Shown here: piece by piece, positions 1 through 9,699 of the stretch | How positions within the stretch are numbered: position 1 is the first letter of the stretch | How the letters are laid out: every line of letters begins with the position of its first letter | Virus record (IMG/VR): IMGVR_UViG_2710724122_000003 | Coordinates: 1 to 64,000 of that record | Source of the DNA: an uncultured virus (IMG/VR IMGVR_UViG_2710724122_000003) | Taxonomy: Duplodnaviria > Heunggongvirae > Uroviricota > Caudoviricetes | Direction: 5' to 3' (one strand) | Length of the DNA stretch: 64,000 nucleotides | Position numbers and translations under genes: made by a program | Notes under the pieces: model-generated | Databases searched by the model: none | Told to the model about the DNA's origin: nothing | The model's input: the letters and a program-made list of their open reading frames with translations, nothing else

Positions 1-514
1 ATGTTGACTGAAGGTCTGGAAGGTTTTTATCATGTGGGAACGATTATGGAACACGGCTGGAAGGCAGATTTATCCCCTACTTTGAAAGACTACAAAAAAG
101 TAATCAGTCAAAATAGATGGATAAGCGTCTTGTTTTCGCCATGCGGTCACTTATATGGTATCCGTATGTATAGACCCTGTTCACTCAGCGATCTTCATCG
201 CATACATCCTTTTTCTATGGCTTGTCCTTGTAATATCGTCCCTACACGACAAACTGAATGTACTCCCTAGCACCGTAATGCTAACGATAACCACCCGAAC
301 CTTTTAGGGAATCGTCCCTGGGCAAGTTCTCGCCCACCCTCATCAGAAGAACAGGATTCCAATCAGGGGTGCTGTTTTTGTAGGCGTATACTCTGTACCC
401 CCTGCACGACCAACAGCCAGCCACGCCGTAACACGTTCCCGCTAAATGTATGGCAGCACGGAATTACGGCTTATCAGTTTTTATTTACGTGGTATCAGGC
501 AATTCCACGCGAAC

Positions 515-586
515 AAAAAACAAAAAAGGCATCTCGAGTTCCTAAATGACCTGTACATTCACAAGACTTCTAGGTTTAGAGATGCC
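515..586 (-). terminator. Terminator/attenuator-like hairpin on the minus strand
   Basis: Inverted repeat GGCATCTC (528-535)/GAGATGCC (579-586), followed on the minus strand by U-rich runs (515-527). Confidence 0.55.
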
Positions 587-635
587 CGGTATATATCTTT
601 TAGACTACAAAATAATCAAATCTAGTATTTACTAG

Positions 636-664
636 TTGAATTTTAGCCCAATCACAGATAAAAT
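636..664 (+). promoter_or_regulatory. SigA-type promoter of the small RNA
   Basis: TTGAAT-17 bp-TAAAAT. Confidence 0.65.
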
Positions 665-670
665 GGGTAT

Positions 671-848
671 ATCAAATAAGCCTAGTCGAAAGGCATAATT
701 GTTTAAGGATAGTGTTGGTGCACTACTTAAACCGAAGTCCTGCTTGGTTACAGGTTACGTCTAGTAAGTGTTGGTAGCAATTACTAGAACTGAGTCATTC
801 CCGCTAAAGGTTGGTAGCCGATAGCATATGGGAGTGGCTTTTTTATTT
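671..848 (+). ncRNA. Putative ~180-nt antisense-type RNA with four TTGGT-loop hairpins (copy-control-like)
   Basis: Promoter upstream; hairpins 701-732, 739-754, 761-787 and 793-839 each have TTGGT in the loop; the last is followed by a T-run; no credible ORF. Confidence 0.6.
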
Positions 849-989
849 TCTGTTCATATTCAATTGTTTTATCGATCTTCGTTTATGTAAAATATCAAAT
901 TATGTTTTGTTTTGTAGAATGATGCTTGTTGTGTACTACGTTACAACAAGCTTTATCCTTTGTAAACTGCGAGATTACGCACTTTTTTC

Positions 990-1335
990 AAAATATCCCT
1001 ATTTCCCTATTTCCCTATTTCCACTTATAGATATAGGGATATTTCCCCTTTTCCCTATATCTATATTTCCCTATTTTCGTCATTTTTGCATCTACTAACA
1101 TCTCTACGAAATTACATATTTATTTCTTAACTCCCTCTACTTCATACATCAAAAGAATCTTATGATATCAACGTTTTTATTATTAATTACTAACTCTATG
1201 ATTCTATTGCATATACCGTACATCATTGTTATAATTTCTTTAAAGATATAGAAATATCCCTATTTCTATAGTTAGAAATATCCCTTTTTCCCTATTTCTA
1301 TTTTTCCCTATTTCTATAAAGGGATATAGGGAAAT
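990..1335. repeat. parS/centromere-like repeat clusters upstream of parA
   Basis: Many direct and inverted copies of ATTTCCCT/AAATATCCCT at ~990-1078 and ~1245-1335. Confidence 0.75.
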
Positions 1336-1364
1336 TTTAAAAATAAATAACTGGAGTGTTAAAA

Positions 1365-2186
1365 ATGGCTATTACAATTACGGTAGGTAATTACAAAGGT
1401 GGAGTCGGTAAGACCACGAATGCTGTATTGAACTCTTATGAATTCGCTAAAAAGGGCAAGCGTACATTACTTGTTGACCTTGATCCACAAAGTAACGCAA
1501 CCAAGTCTTTAATGTTAACAAAATCAATCCTTAATCCTGATGAAATTGTTACTGTTGAAAAAACATTAATGAAAGGAATACAAGAGGGAAACCTAGACGG
1601 CTTAGAAGTGGAAATTATGGAGAACTTACATTTACTTCCTTCTTACGTTGATTTTCAGGACTTCGCAAAATTCCTTTATAAAAATTGTTCTTCGGAGGCT
1701 GAAGAAGATCATTACTTTAAAGGATTACTTGAAAAGATAAAGCATAAATACGACTACATATTTATCGACGTACCTCCTATGTCACTAGAAGTTACAAAAA
1801 ATGCAGTTGTAGCTTCTGATTATGTTCTAATTGCTCTGCAAACACAAGAACGTTCTCTTACTGGTGCCGAGAATTATATTAATGAACTTATCAAGTTAAA
1901 AGAGCAATATGATCTTGATATTGAAGTAGTTGGCGTTCTTCCTGTCCTATTAAAAAACAACGGTAAAGTTGACGAATACATCATGGAAAATGCTCGTGAA
2001 ATATTTGGAGAAGAAAACCTATTTAAAAACATCGTCCCTCAAATGGAACGTATTAAACGATTTGATGTGAATGGTATTACTGAAAAAGATAGACATGATA
2101 TGAATGTAATTGAACTATACGAAACGATTAGTGATGAATTATTATCTCGTGTTGATATGTTTGAAAAAATGAAGGTTGGTGTGTAA
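1365..2186 (+). CDS. parA: ParA/Soj family partition ATPase
   Basis: Deviant Walker A KGGVGKTT, DLDPQ, IDVPP; GGAG RBS before ATG 1365. Confidence 0.95.
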   Translation: MAITITVGNYKGGVGKTTNAVLNSYEFAKKGKRTLLVDLDPQSNATKSLMLTKSILNPDEIVTVEKTLMKGIQEGNLDGLEVEIMENLHLLPSYVDFQDFAKFLYKNCSSEAEEDHYFKGLLEKIKHKYDYIFIDVPPMSLEVTKNAVVASDYVLIALQTQERSLTGAENYINELIKLKEQYDLDIEVVGVLPVLLKNNGKVDEYIMENAREIFGEENLFKNIVPQMERIKRFDVNGITEKDRHDMNVIELYETISDELLSRVDMFEKMKVGV

Positions 2187-2187
2187 T

Positions 2188-2568
2188 ATGGCAAGAACTC
2201 CTGGTTTATTAGGTCGAAAGAAAAGTAACTTTGAACCTACTGAGCCTTATGTACCGGAACAAGGACAAGCTACGACGGAAAATAAAGAGGTAGCAGCTAC
2301 TGTTACTCCTTCTCAACCTAAGACAGAAGAAAAAACTACTACTCGAAAAGAGAAAAGAATCGAGAAAATTGAACCGAAAAAGAAATTTAAAAACCAGCAA
2401 GGTAGCATTAAAATTTCTAATCAATCAAAAGAAGAACTTGAAGTATTAATGAAACTTACAAACACAAAATTCAATTATGAAATTATCGACCTGCTTATAG
2501 ATCGTTATGTAGAAAATGAGCTAACACCTGATCAGAAAAGGAAATTCAAGCTCTTAACCGAAATTTAA
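2188..2568 (+). CDS. Small centromere-binding partition adaptor (type Ib-like)
   Basis: Directly after parA; disordered N-terminus, short C-terminal ribbon-helix-helix-like segment. Confidence 0.7.
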   Translation: MARTPGLLGRKKSNFEPTEPYVPEQGQATTENKEVAATVTPSQPKTEEKTTTRKEKRIEKIEPKKKFKNQQGSIKISNQSKEELEVLMKLTNTKFNYEIIDLLIDRYVENELTPDQKRKFKLLTEI

Positions 2569-2570
2569 AA

Positions 2571-2612
2571 ATATAGAAATATCCCTATTTCTAAATAGGG
2601 ATATTTCTATAT
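2571..2612. repeat. Perfect 20-bp inverted repeat built from the centromere motif
   Basis: ATATAGAAATATCCCTATTT-ct-AAATAGGGATATTTCTATAT. Confidence 0.8.
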
Positions 2613-2724
2613 TTCCACTTTTTTTCGATATATCTGTACTTAATCAATCTTCTTTAACTTATTTGAAAACACAGGTAAAACAGCTAATAATAACATTATC
2701 GTTAGCGGAAGGCATTTTAAAATT

Positions 2725-3036
2725 CTATGTGTCGATTTTTCCTTTTACCTTTTGGATAAACCACCATATTAAAGCTACAAGTAGTAGAAGGAGCGGTATT
2801 CCCTGAATAAAGAGAAATCCTCCCCAAAAATCAAATACAGTACTATATGGAGAGTCTGTTGCCATCACACCTATAAATAAAGCCACTGGAATTGTGCATA
2901 AATTTGCCCCTAAATTAACCATTATGAATGTTAGATTTTTATCCTTAGTTTTTGGTGAATCAGAATTAAAGAATGAGAATACTGCAATGCCACTTATAAA
3001 ATACAGTATTACATAAAGCTGATTAAGATATCCCAT
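2725..3036 (-). CDS. Hypothetical membrane protein
   Basis: 103 aa, three hydrophobic segments, GGAGG RBS. Confidence 0.75.
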   Translation of the reverse strand: MGYLNQLYVILYFISGIAVFSFFNSDSPKTKDKNLTFIMVNLGANLCTIPVALFIGVMATDSPYSTVFDFWGGFLFIQGIPLLLLLVALIWWFIQKVKGKIDT

Positions 3037-3120
3037 AATAATCCTCCATTATCCTAATTGTACCATCAGCAAGGACCAATTTGAACAAATAGGATATTTA
3101 TGTAAGTCAGATATAGTGTC

Positions 3121-3280
3121 TCATTATCAGTAACAAGAAAAAAAGTGGCTTCCTATTCTCACAAGGAATCCACTCTTTCTTTTTCTACAACTCTATTTTT
3201 ATACGTTCTTCTTCTTACCCTCACCTGAACTTCCACCACGGCTTTCCTTCCCTTTCGCAGCAACAACCTCATCCCGAAAT
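3121..3280 (-). repeat. Degenerate copy of the 3' end and downstream flank of gene 4270-4860
   Basis: aacttccaccacggcttt...tttcgcagca.caacctcatcccgaaat matches 4277-4330; 3121-3176 resembles 4211-4265. Confidence 0.8.
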
Positions 3281-3367
3281 CCCTACACACCATTAAGGTT
3301 CTATTTTTGGGTAAATATGGATTAATCCCCAAAAATACTATATACTAATAAATGGGAGGGGATGAAA

Positions 3368-3481
3368 ATGCTAGACCAAATCACTTGGGGAACACCAGCT
3401 AGCTTATTATGTTTAGGATTCTTTTTTGCAGGGTTAGGAGTCTTCTTAAGAAGTATTACGTCATATACGAAGAATAAATAA
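3368..3481 (+). CDS. 37-aa single-TM peptide MLDQITWGTPASLLCLGFFFAGLGVFLRSITSYTKNK (not in ORF track)
   Basis: Strong RBS GGGAGGGG; hydrophobic core and basic tail. Confidence 0.6.
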   Translation: MLDQITWGTPASLLCLGFFFAGLGVFLRSITSYTKNK

Positions 3482-3660
3482 AATTTTAAAAAGCACAAAG
3501 TCTTCGTTTAGGGAATACTTTAAAATCTTAGGTTGATCGGGCATGTAGCGGAGCCTATATACATATTAAAATAATTAAGCCCTACAGTATGTAGGGCCTT
3601 TTTCAAATTACTATATTCACCACTAGCTCATTTACACGATTATCGATATAGGAAATAGTA

Positions 3661-4161
3661 TTAAGCATCCGGCAATACAAATTCCATTTGCTGACTCTGT
3701 GTTTTAAATCCAAGTTTTTCGTAGAATCGTATAGCCTTCTTGTTAAATTCTAAAACATTCAATTCTACGCTTGTTGCTTGTATTTCTTTAGCATACTCAA
3801 ATGATTTTTGAACTAATATTTTTCCGATTCCTGCTCCTTGACATATTTCGCTTACACCAATATTGCGGATAAAGAGTACTTTTCGCTCAACTAACTTTGG
3901 ATTTTCGGATAATTCTTTAATATCTAAGATTATGTAAGCAAGAATCTCTTTATTATTATTCTCTACTACAAATATCTCTATGGTTGTATCAATAAGCCAT
4001 GCTTCGTATGCATTGTGATCCAAAGAAGCTGAAGTATCAGAATAAATATCTGGTCTTCCCTCTATATGTAACTGTTGAACTTGCTTGTTTATATTTGATA
4101 TATCCCAAAAATCTTCTGAAGTAGCTATTCTTACAGTGAAAGGCAAAACTTCATTAGACAT
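3661..4161 (-). CDS. GNAT family N-acetyltransferase
   Basis: QGAGIGK acetyl-CoA motif and N..A..FYEKLGF. Confidence 0.9.
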   Translation of the reverse strand: MSNEVLPFTVRIATSEDFWDISNINKQVQQLHIEGRPDIYSDTSASLDHNAYEAWLIDTTIEIFVVENNNKEILAYIILDIKELSENPKLVERKVLFIRNIGVSEICQGAGIGKILVQKSFEYAKEIQATSVELNVLEFNKKAIRFYEKLGFKTQSQQMEFVLPDA

Positions 4162-4269
4162 AAGTACATTCCTCCAAATGTTTTATTTAAAGTGGGTTTA
4201 ACAAAGCACATCATTATCGGTAGCAAGGACAAAGAGGAACCCTACTATCACAAGGGAACCTCCTTGCTC

Positions 4270-4860
4270 TCACCAAAACTTCCACCACGGCTTTTTCTTC
4301 TCTTTCGCAGCAGCAACCTCATCCCGAAATTCCTGCATCATTCTCTTCGTTTCCTGCATCTCACGCAGTGTCTTCATAAGCGTCTCGTCTCGTGCTTCCA
4401 ATCGTTTTTCCACTCGTTTATTATGCGATTCTACACTTGCTTTGATTTCCTCGTTACTTTGCTTGGCCTGCTCACTTAATCGCTTCTCCATCGCTAGCAT
4501 GCTTTGATTCATTTCTTGCGCCATAACGCTGTACTGTTCCTGTAATTGCTCTTTAATGTGGAATGGCACTAGATCCGTTTCCTCAGCCTCTTCTTGAATC
4601 AGATCCGGATTAACTTTTTCTATTTGCTGCACAATCATCTTCGCTGCCTTCTCTAGCGTCATACCGTCATGCTTACTTAGCTCAATTAACTTCTCAATCA
4701 CCATAATGTCACTGTCTGTGTATTGGCGTCTGCCGCGATTATCTTTCTTTACTGCGAATCCTTCGCGTGATAATACTTCCATGTACTTTCTAAGGGTGCT
4801 ATCACTTATTCCTAGTCGTTTATATACTTCACTAGCAGAATAAACAATCTCGTCCGTCAT
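4270..4860 (-). CDS. MerR-like HTH plus coiled-coil protein (DUF3967/RacA-like)
   Basis: N-terminal HTH (LGISDSTLRKY...GRRQY), coiled coil, KKPWWKFW tail. Confidence 0.8.
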   Translation of the reverse strand: MTDEIVYSASEVYKRLGISDSTLRKYMEVLSREGFAVKKDNRGRRQYTDSDIMVIEKLIELSKHDGMTLEKAAKMIVQQIEKVNPDLIQEEAEETDLVPFHIKEQLQEQYSVMAQEMNQSMLAMEKRLSEQAKQSNEEIKASVESHNKRVEKRLEARDETLMKTLREMQETKRMMQEFRDEVAAAKEKKKPWWKFW

Positions 4861-4958
4861 AACGTCACAACACCTCCTAGTGACAGTATTCCATGATGGT
4901 TAAGAAATTCCTGCAAAGAAAAAAGCCAACTTATATAAGTTGGCTTTTACTGTTTATT

Positions 4959-5639
4959 TTATTTAAGTTTATCTTGAATTGGTCTTGAAGAAACAGGAAT
5001 AGCTCTATATAAAAATACCGCAAGTTGTTCACGCGTTACAGATCCATTTGGATCAAAATTATTATCACCTACACCATTAGTTATACCGTTACTGTATAAA
5101 ATTTGCACAGCCTCATTTGCCCAGTGACCTTGCATATCGTTAAATTGGTGATCAAACTTCTTATTTAACCAAAAAGCATTTTTAAATGAAGCTGCAACTT
5201 CCGCTCGAGTTAAAGTACGACTAGGGTAAAATTTCCCATCCGCCACATAAGCAAATACTCCATTATCGTATAATTCTTTAATCTCATTTTGGAACATTGA
5301 ATTACCTATGTCATTAAAAGGATGCGTTTGGTTTAAAGGATCTTTCCAAATTTTAATAGTTCGATATATGGTTGCTGCTAATTGCTCACGTGTCACTTTA
5401 TCTTTAGCGCCGAAATAACCATTACCATACCCTTGCATTATTTTATGGTCAGCCATATACTGAATCTCTTTATACGCCCAATGCGATTGAGGTACATCTA
5501 TAAAAGTACTAGATTGGGCACTTGCAGCTTTTATGCCTAGATTTGTGTTATTATTTGGTGTCTCAGCAAAAGAATTATTTGCAAAAAAAGTTGTACCAAA
5601 TACTGCTGCGCATACACCTGAAATAATTAATTTTTTCAT
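4959..5639 (-). CDS. Secreted S-layer homology (3x SLH) protein
   Basis: Signal peptide; FxDV..HWA and TREQ/TRAE SLH motifs three times. Confidence 0.9.
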   Translation of the reverse strand: MKKLIISGVCAAVFGTTFFANNSFAETPNNNTNLGIKAASAQSSTFIDVPQSHWAYKEIQYMADHKIMQGYGNGYFGAKDKVTREQLAATIYRTIKIWKDPLNQTHPFNDIGNSMFQNEIKELYDNGVFAYVADGKFYPSRTLTRAEVAASFKNAFWLNKKFDHQFNDMQGHWANEAVQILYSNGITNGVGDNNFDPNGSVTREQLAVFLYRAIPVSSRPIQDKLK

Positions 5640-5769
5640 TACTATTCTCTCCCCTTAATGTTAAACGTCAATAATATAATTCCAACAATCATTATATAAC
5701 TATTTTGGGATTAGAAAAAGAAGGAATTTATAAAAATTAATCCCAATATTAATCCCTTAATTAATAGAA

Positions 5770-6258
5770 TTATATAGCCTTTGCAATCTCAACAAGTAAT
5801 CGCATAAACAATGGAATCATTTGAACAACTATATAACCAATCCCTGCCCTTGAAATCAAACTGAATCCCCGTTCCTGGCTACCGACCATAATGAACAGAC
5901 CGCCACATAACGCTACAACGGACGCTATCGGATAGGACACCGCTTTAATCAAGAAGATAACCGGTTCAAACGCATTTACAATGCGATTGTATAATTGGTC
6001 ATCTATATAATTTTTAATGGCTCCATCATTGGATTGCACATCTTTAAATACTTCATTCACATCTGGATTATTTCCATCAGCAAAAACATGAGGAATATCT
6101 ATAAAATTATTGAATATAATTACACTGCCAATCATAATTCCTACTCGCGCCGCCACGGGTGCGTATTTTTTTGCTTTCTTTTTGAACAAGCTCCACTTTT
6201 TCTTTGCCCCATAGTTACCATCCATAAAATCTTTGATGCTCATTGTTTCAGTTGCCAT
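5770..6258 (-). CDS. Membrane protein with pilin/VirB2-like C-terminal TM hairpin
   Basis: Two C-terminal TM helices with G-x pattern (GGLFIMVG...AGIGYIVV); downstream of FtsK and relaxase genes. Confidence 0.6.
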   Translation of the reverse strand: MATETMSIKDFMDGNYGAKKKWSLFKKKAKKYAPVAARVGIMIGSVIIFNNFIDIPHVFADGNNPDVNEVFKDVQSNDGAIKNYIDDQLYNRIVNAFEPVIFLIKAVSYPIASVVALCGGLFIMVGSQERGFSLISRAGIGYIVVQMIPLFMRLLVEIAKAI

Positions 6259-6332
6259 ATGGACCATCTCCCTATTTATTAATACAGATTGTTACAATCA
6301 GTATTAATTTGTTATAATATAGTTGAGGTGAT

Positions 6333-7349
6333 ATGATGCCAAAACTAACTTACGAACACGTAAAAAGTGTTTTTGAGGATAGAGGATATATTCTTTTAGA
6401 ACAAATATACATAAATAACAGTACACCCATGAATTACCTATGTCCCAAACATTCCGATGTAGTGCAACAGATTCGATACAACAATTTAAAAACTGGATAC
6501 GGTTGTAGATTCTGCGGCAAGGAAAGAACAGCGGAAAAATTAAGAGTCCCTCTTGAAAAAATACGGATGGTTTTCAAAAATAATGGATACAAACTATTAG
6601 ATACAGAATATAAGGATTGCGAACAACCACTGAGATATCAATGCCCGAAACATCCTGGTAAGGAAGTCAAGATGAGTTACTCCAACGCCAAACGCGGACA
6701 TGGGTGTCCTTACTGTGCGCATGAAAAGGGTAAAAGATATTTCAAAAAGGAATATAATGAAGTTAAACAAGCATTTGAAGAACAAGGATACATTCTTTTA
6801 GAGCAAACATATCAACATTGTCATCAACCTTTAAAATATCAATGTCCGAAACATCCTGATAAAGAACTAAAGCTGGCATACAGTATGTTGAAAGTGGGAC
6901 AAAGATGCTTTTATTGTTCAGTAGAATCTCGAAGTGGAGTTAATCATTATAATTGGAATGGCCAATCAGAATTAACTCGTTACTTACGAGATAGGATTAG
7001 TTCTTGGAGGTATGAAGTGTTTGAAAAATACAATTACAAATGTTTTATTACTGGGAAATCTGGAAATTTACAGGCACATCATGTTAAACCGTTTCATGAA
7101 ATTAGAGACGAAGTTCTGAAGGAACTGGGTTTAAAAAATTCAAAAAAAGAAAATTACACTCCTGAACAATTACAAATGATTTGCAAACTCTTCGAAAAAA
7201 GAAATGCTAACAACGAAGGTATAGCTATGGAAAAAAAGGTTCACAAGTTGTTCCACAGAATTTATGGAAATAAAACAAACATAACTCAACTTTATGAATT
7301 CAAAGCGCGTTATGAAATAGGCGAGTTTGACAAAGAGCTAAGTTGTTAA
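6333..7349 (+). CDS. HNH-type endonuclease with three repeated Zn-binding (CPKH...CxxC) modules
   Basis: Three ~67-aa repeats; C-terminal CFITG..LQAHHV...HKLFHRIYG. Confidence 0.8.
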   Translation: MMPKLTYEHVKSVFEDRGYILLEQIYINNSTPMNYLCPKHSDVVQQIRYNNLKTGYGCRFCGKERTAEKLRVPLEKIRMVFKNNGYKLLDTEYKDCEQPLRYQCPKHPGKEVKMSYSNAKRGHGCPYCAHEKGKRYFKKEYNEVKQAFEEQGYILLEQTYQHCHQPLKYQCPKHPDKELKLAYSMLKVGQRCFYCSVESRSGVNHYNWNGQSELTRYLRDRISSWRYEVFEKYNYKCFITGKSGNLQAHHVKPFHEIRDEVLKELGLKNSKKENYTPEQLQMICKLFEKRNANNEGIAMEKKVHKLFHRIYGNKTNITQLYEFKARYEIGEFDKELSC

Positions 7350-7364
7350 AAAATAGCTCTTTTT

Positions 7365-7961
7365 TTAATGGAAATCTGTAATAGTGAACACTGATACGTC
7401 TAGCCCTTTGCATAATGACAGCAACCTTTCCCTTCTATACTCCGTCTTCGTGTACCAAATAAACTTAGGTTTCTTCTCAAATACATTGCATTCCATCAGT
7501 TTACGATACTTTTGCATCTTGATACGGTTCGCACTCATCTTTTGCTCATGATCAACCTCTACAATGTGATAACGGCCGTTATCCATAAATAATGCATCTG
7601 CAATTATGGAAACTATACCTTTCACATTCATTTTCACTTCCTGTTTCCACGTTTTCGGGCATTCGTAAGCGATATAGATATCATTCCTCATAATGTAGTG
7701 GCGAAATTGATTAGAACGCTTGAGTACCTTCTTACTTCCGATACGCTCACGCCCCTCCTTGTTGAGATAATAAACCTTCTCTCCATCCCTAAAACTAGAC
7801 ACATATTCTTCAATACCCTTCATTACACGAGATGCATTCCTATCACCACCAAGATCATGAAGTACTTGTATTTGCTTTCTACTAAGAAAGCCGAGTTTCT
7901 TCAAGCTCAAGAGTATACTTTCCGTTCGCGCTTCCTTCATTGCTAACTTTTGCATTTTCAT
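7365..7961 (-). CDS. Replication-relaxation (Replic_Relax) family protein
   Basis: wHTH N-terminus, HYIMRND, ADA...VEVD nuclease-like motif; coupled to FtsK gene. Confidence 0.8.
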   Translation of the reverse strand: MKMQKLAMKEARTESILLSLKKLGFLSRKQIQVLHDLGGDRNASRVMKGIEEYVSSFRDGEKVYYLNKEGRERIGSKKVLKRSNQFRHYIMRNDIYIAYECPKTWKQEVKMNVKGIVSIIADALFMDNGRYHIVEVDHEQKMSANRIKMQKYRKLMECNVFEKKPKFIWYTKTEYRRERLLSLCKGLDVSVFTITDFH

Positions 7962-9177
7962 GCTCCTTTCTCGCTCTGATATTGATGTGTGGTTTTATGA
8001 TGTTATCAATCTGCTTGTTATCGATATAGACAGTCTGTAAGACCTTCTTCTCATTTGTTTGGTATATAGCCCTTCCTTTTATGTTGGGAAGACTCTCTGC
8101 GCCGCCCTCGTCTAGCACAGCACGGCTCCCTGCTTCTGTCTGTAACCTAAAGCAAACACGGGCCCCAATGTTTTGTCGTAACTGCGATGGTAATGCTTCG
8201 TTAGTAGGGTATTGTGTCGCATATACCAAGCGGAATCCCGCTGCTCTGCCACGACGACCTATATCAACAACGATGTCCTTGCACTCCTGATATGGCGTCA
8301 TGTCGGCTGCTTCATCTACAATGACAAAGTATCTAGTTGGATCCCCGGCTTCTTTTATATCTTCATATCCTTTTTCTAGTAAGTATTCGTTTCTAGCATT
8401 CAGTTTATCTTGCAATTCCCTTAGAGTCTCAAGGGCTTCCTCAGGATTCTTCGCAATTGATTCGACTTGATTTAGGAATCTGTATCGGTTGAAAGAGAGA
8501 CCCCCCTTCAAATCGATAAGGAATAGCTTTATATTGTCGGATTGGTTTCGTACCAGAGCTGTAATAATGAGTTTTAATACATTCGATTTCCCCATGTCCG
8601 TCATACCGGCTGATATCATGTGCGATAACTGATCAAAGTCGTGTTTTACTAATCCATCCCTTGTATAACCAATAGGTACTTCCCATCCTTTACATTTCTT
8701 CATCATGTCATCTTCAAACTTAACAAAATCAGGAATCCCTTTCTCGTAAACTCTTATTCTTAGCAAACCGTCGTAAGACAGCTCAATTTCCTTTCTAACG
8801 AGTTTTTTCTTGTTTATGATGTTTTGTATTTGTTTCAAGATATCTTTTTGCAGTCGAAGAGATTTGAAGTCTTGTAGTTTGAAATCATAAACTTTGCTCT
8901 TGTGATTTAGCCCATCTTCTAAATGCTGTATCTTTTGTTCGATATCAGAGAAACTAAGGCCAAGCGGAATTCTATACGCATACTCTATTCCCCACTCATT
9001 TCTCGTCTTACGGAGTAACTGTATAGTCCTGGTTTCTTTACCTTCTTTCACTTTCAAACCGCAATTCGCACAAATCCTTTGAATCTTAGAAGCATCAGTC
9101 GTTGCTCCTTTTTGATGCATTTTTGCTATAAGAATGACACTACCAACTGCAGCTGAACTTACTAACTCAAATATCAA
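7882..9177 (-). CDS. FtsK/SpoIIIE family ATPase
   Basis: Walker A GMTDMGKS, IDLKGG, Walker B VDEA, ATQYP. Confidence 0.92.
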   Translation of the reverse strand: MIFELVSSAAVGSVILIAKMHQKGATTDASKIQRICANCGLKVKEGKETRTIQLLRKTRNEWGIEYAYRIPLGLSFSDIEQKIQHLEDGLNHKSKVYDFKLQDFKSLRLQKDILKQIQNIINKKKLVRKEIELSYDGLLRIRVYEKGIPDFVKFEDDMMKKCKGWEVPIGYTRDGLVKHDFDQLSHMISAGMTDMGKSNVLKLIITALVRNQSDNIKLFLIDLKGGLSFNRYRFLNQVESIAKNPEEALETLRELQDKLNARNEYLLEKGYEDIKEAGDPTRYFVIVDEAADMTPYQECKDIVVDIGRRGRAAGFRLVYATQYPTNEALPSQLRQNIGARVCFRLQTEAGSRAVLDEGGAESLPNIKGRAIYQTNEKKVLQTVYIDNKQIDNIIKPHINIRARKEHENAKVSNEGSANGKYTLELEETRLS

Positions 9178-9459
9178 TGTTCAAACACCACCCTTCTTTA
9201 TGTATTCTGCAAGAATAGTCCCTGGAGATTAGAACATATAAAAACAGCTATGAATCATTGAAACTATTAGTCTTGCAATGTCTGAAGCATTATTCTGTGA
9301 GCAAATTCTATTTGGAATAGGTGAAACGAACTTTTAAAAGGCTACCCATTCGGAACAGAGAATCGTAATTTGTTTGGTATGGTAAATGGTATTTTGCACT
9401 GTTTGGTCTTTATGTCAGTTTTTTTCTCTTGTTTAAAAAAATGACGAAAAGGGCAAGCT

Positions 9460-9699
9460 ATGGTTGAGGTGGTAATATTGTTCGGATTAGGTAAAAAACG
9501 TAGTAAGTTTGGTCGCTGGTTAGACAAGCAAGGAATTACACAAGGGGATTTAGAGAAGGCCGCCAAGTTAAGTAGAGGTACGATTTCGAAAGTATGTAAC
9601 GATAAAGAATACGCACCTAAATTTTCGACTATATCCCAAATAACAAGGGGATTGAAAAAATTAGGAAAAAACATAAATGAAAATGATTTTTGGATGTAG
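9460..9699 (+). CDS. XRE-family HTH regulator
   Basis: ITQGDLEKAAKLSRGTISK HTH; divergent from ftsK-like gene. Confidence 0.85.
   Translation: MVEVVILFGLGKKRSKFGRWLDKQGITQGDLEKAAKLSRGTISKVCNDKEYAPKFSTISQITRGLKKLGKNINENDFWM

Noticed and set aside
1..270. 89-aa ORF at the window start
   Set aside because: No recognisable motif, RBS cannot be seen, and it lies in a structured GC-richer region; not supportable as a gene or as Rep
811..1098. 95-aa ORF with FPISLFP repeats
   Set aside because: Artefact of reading through the terminator and the ATTTCCCT centromere repeats
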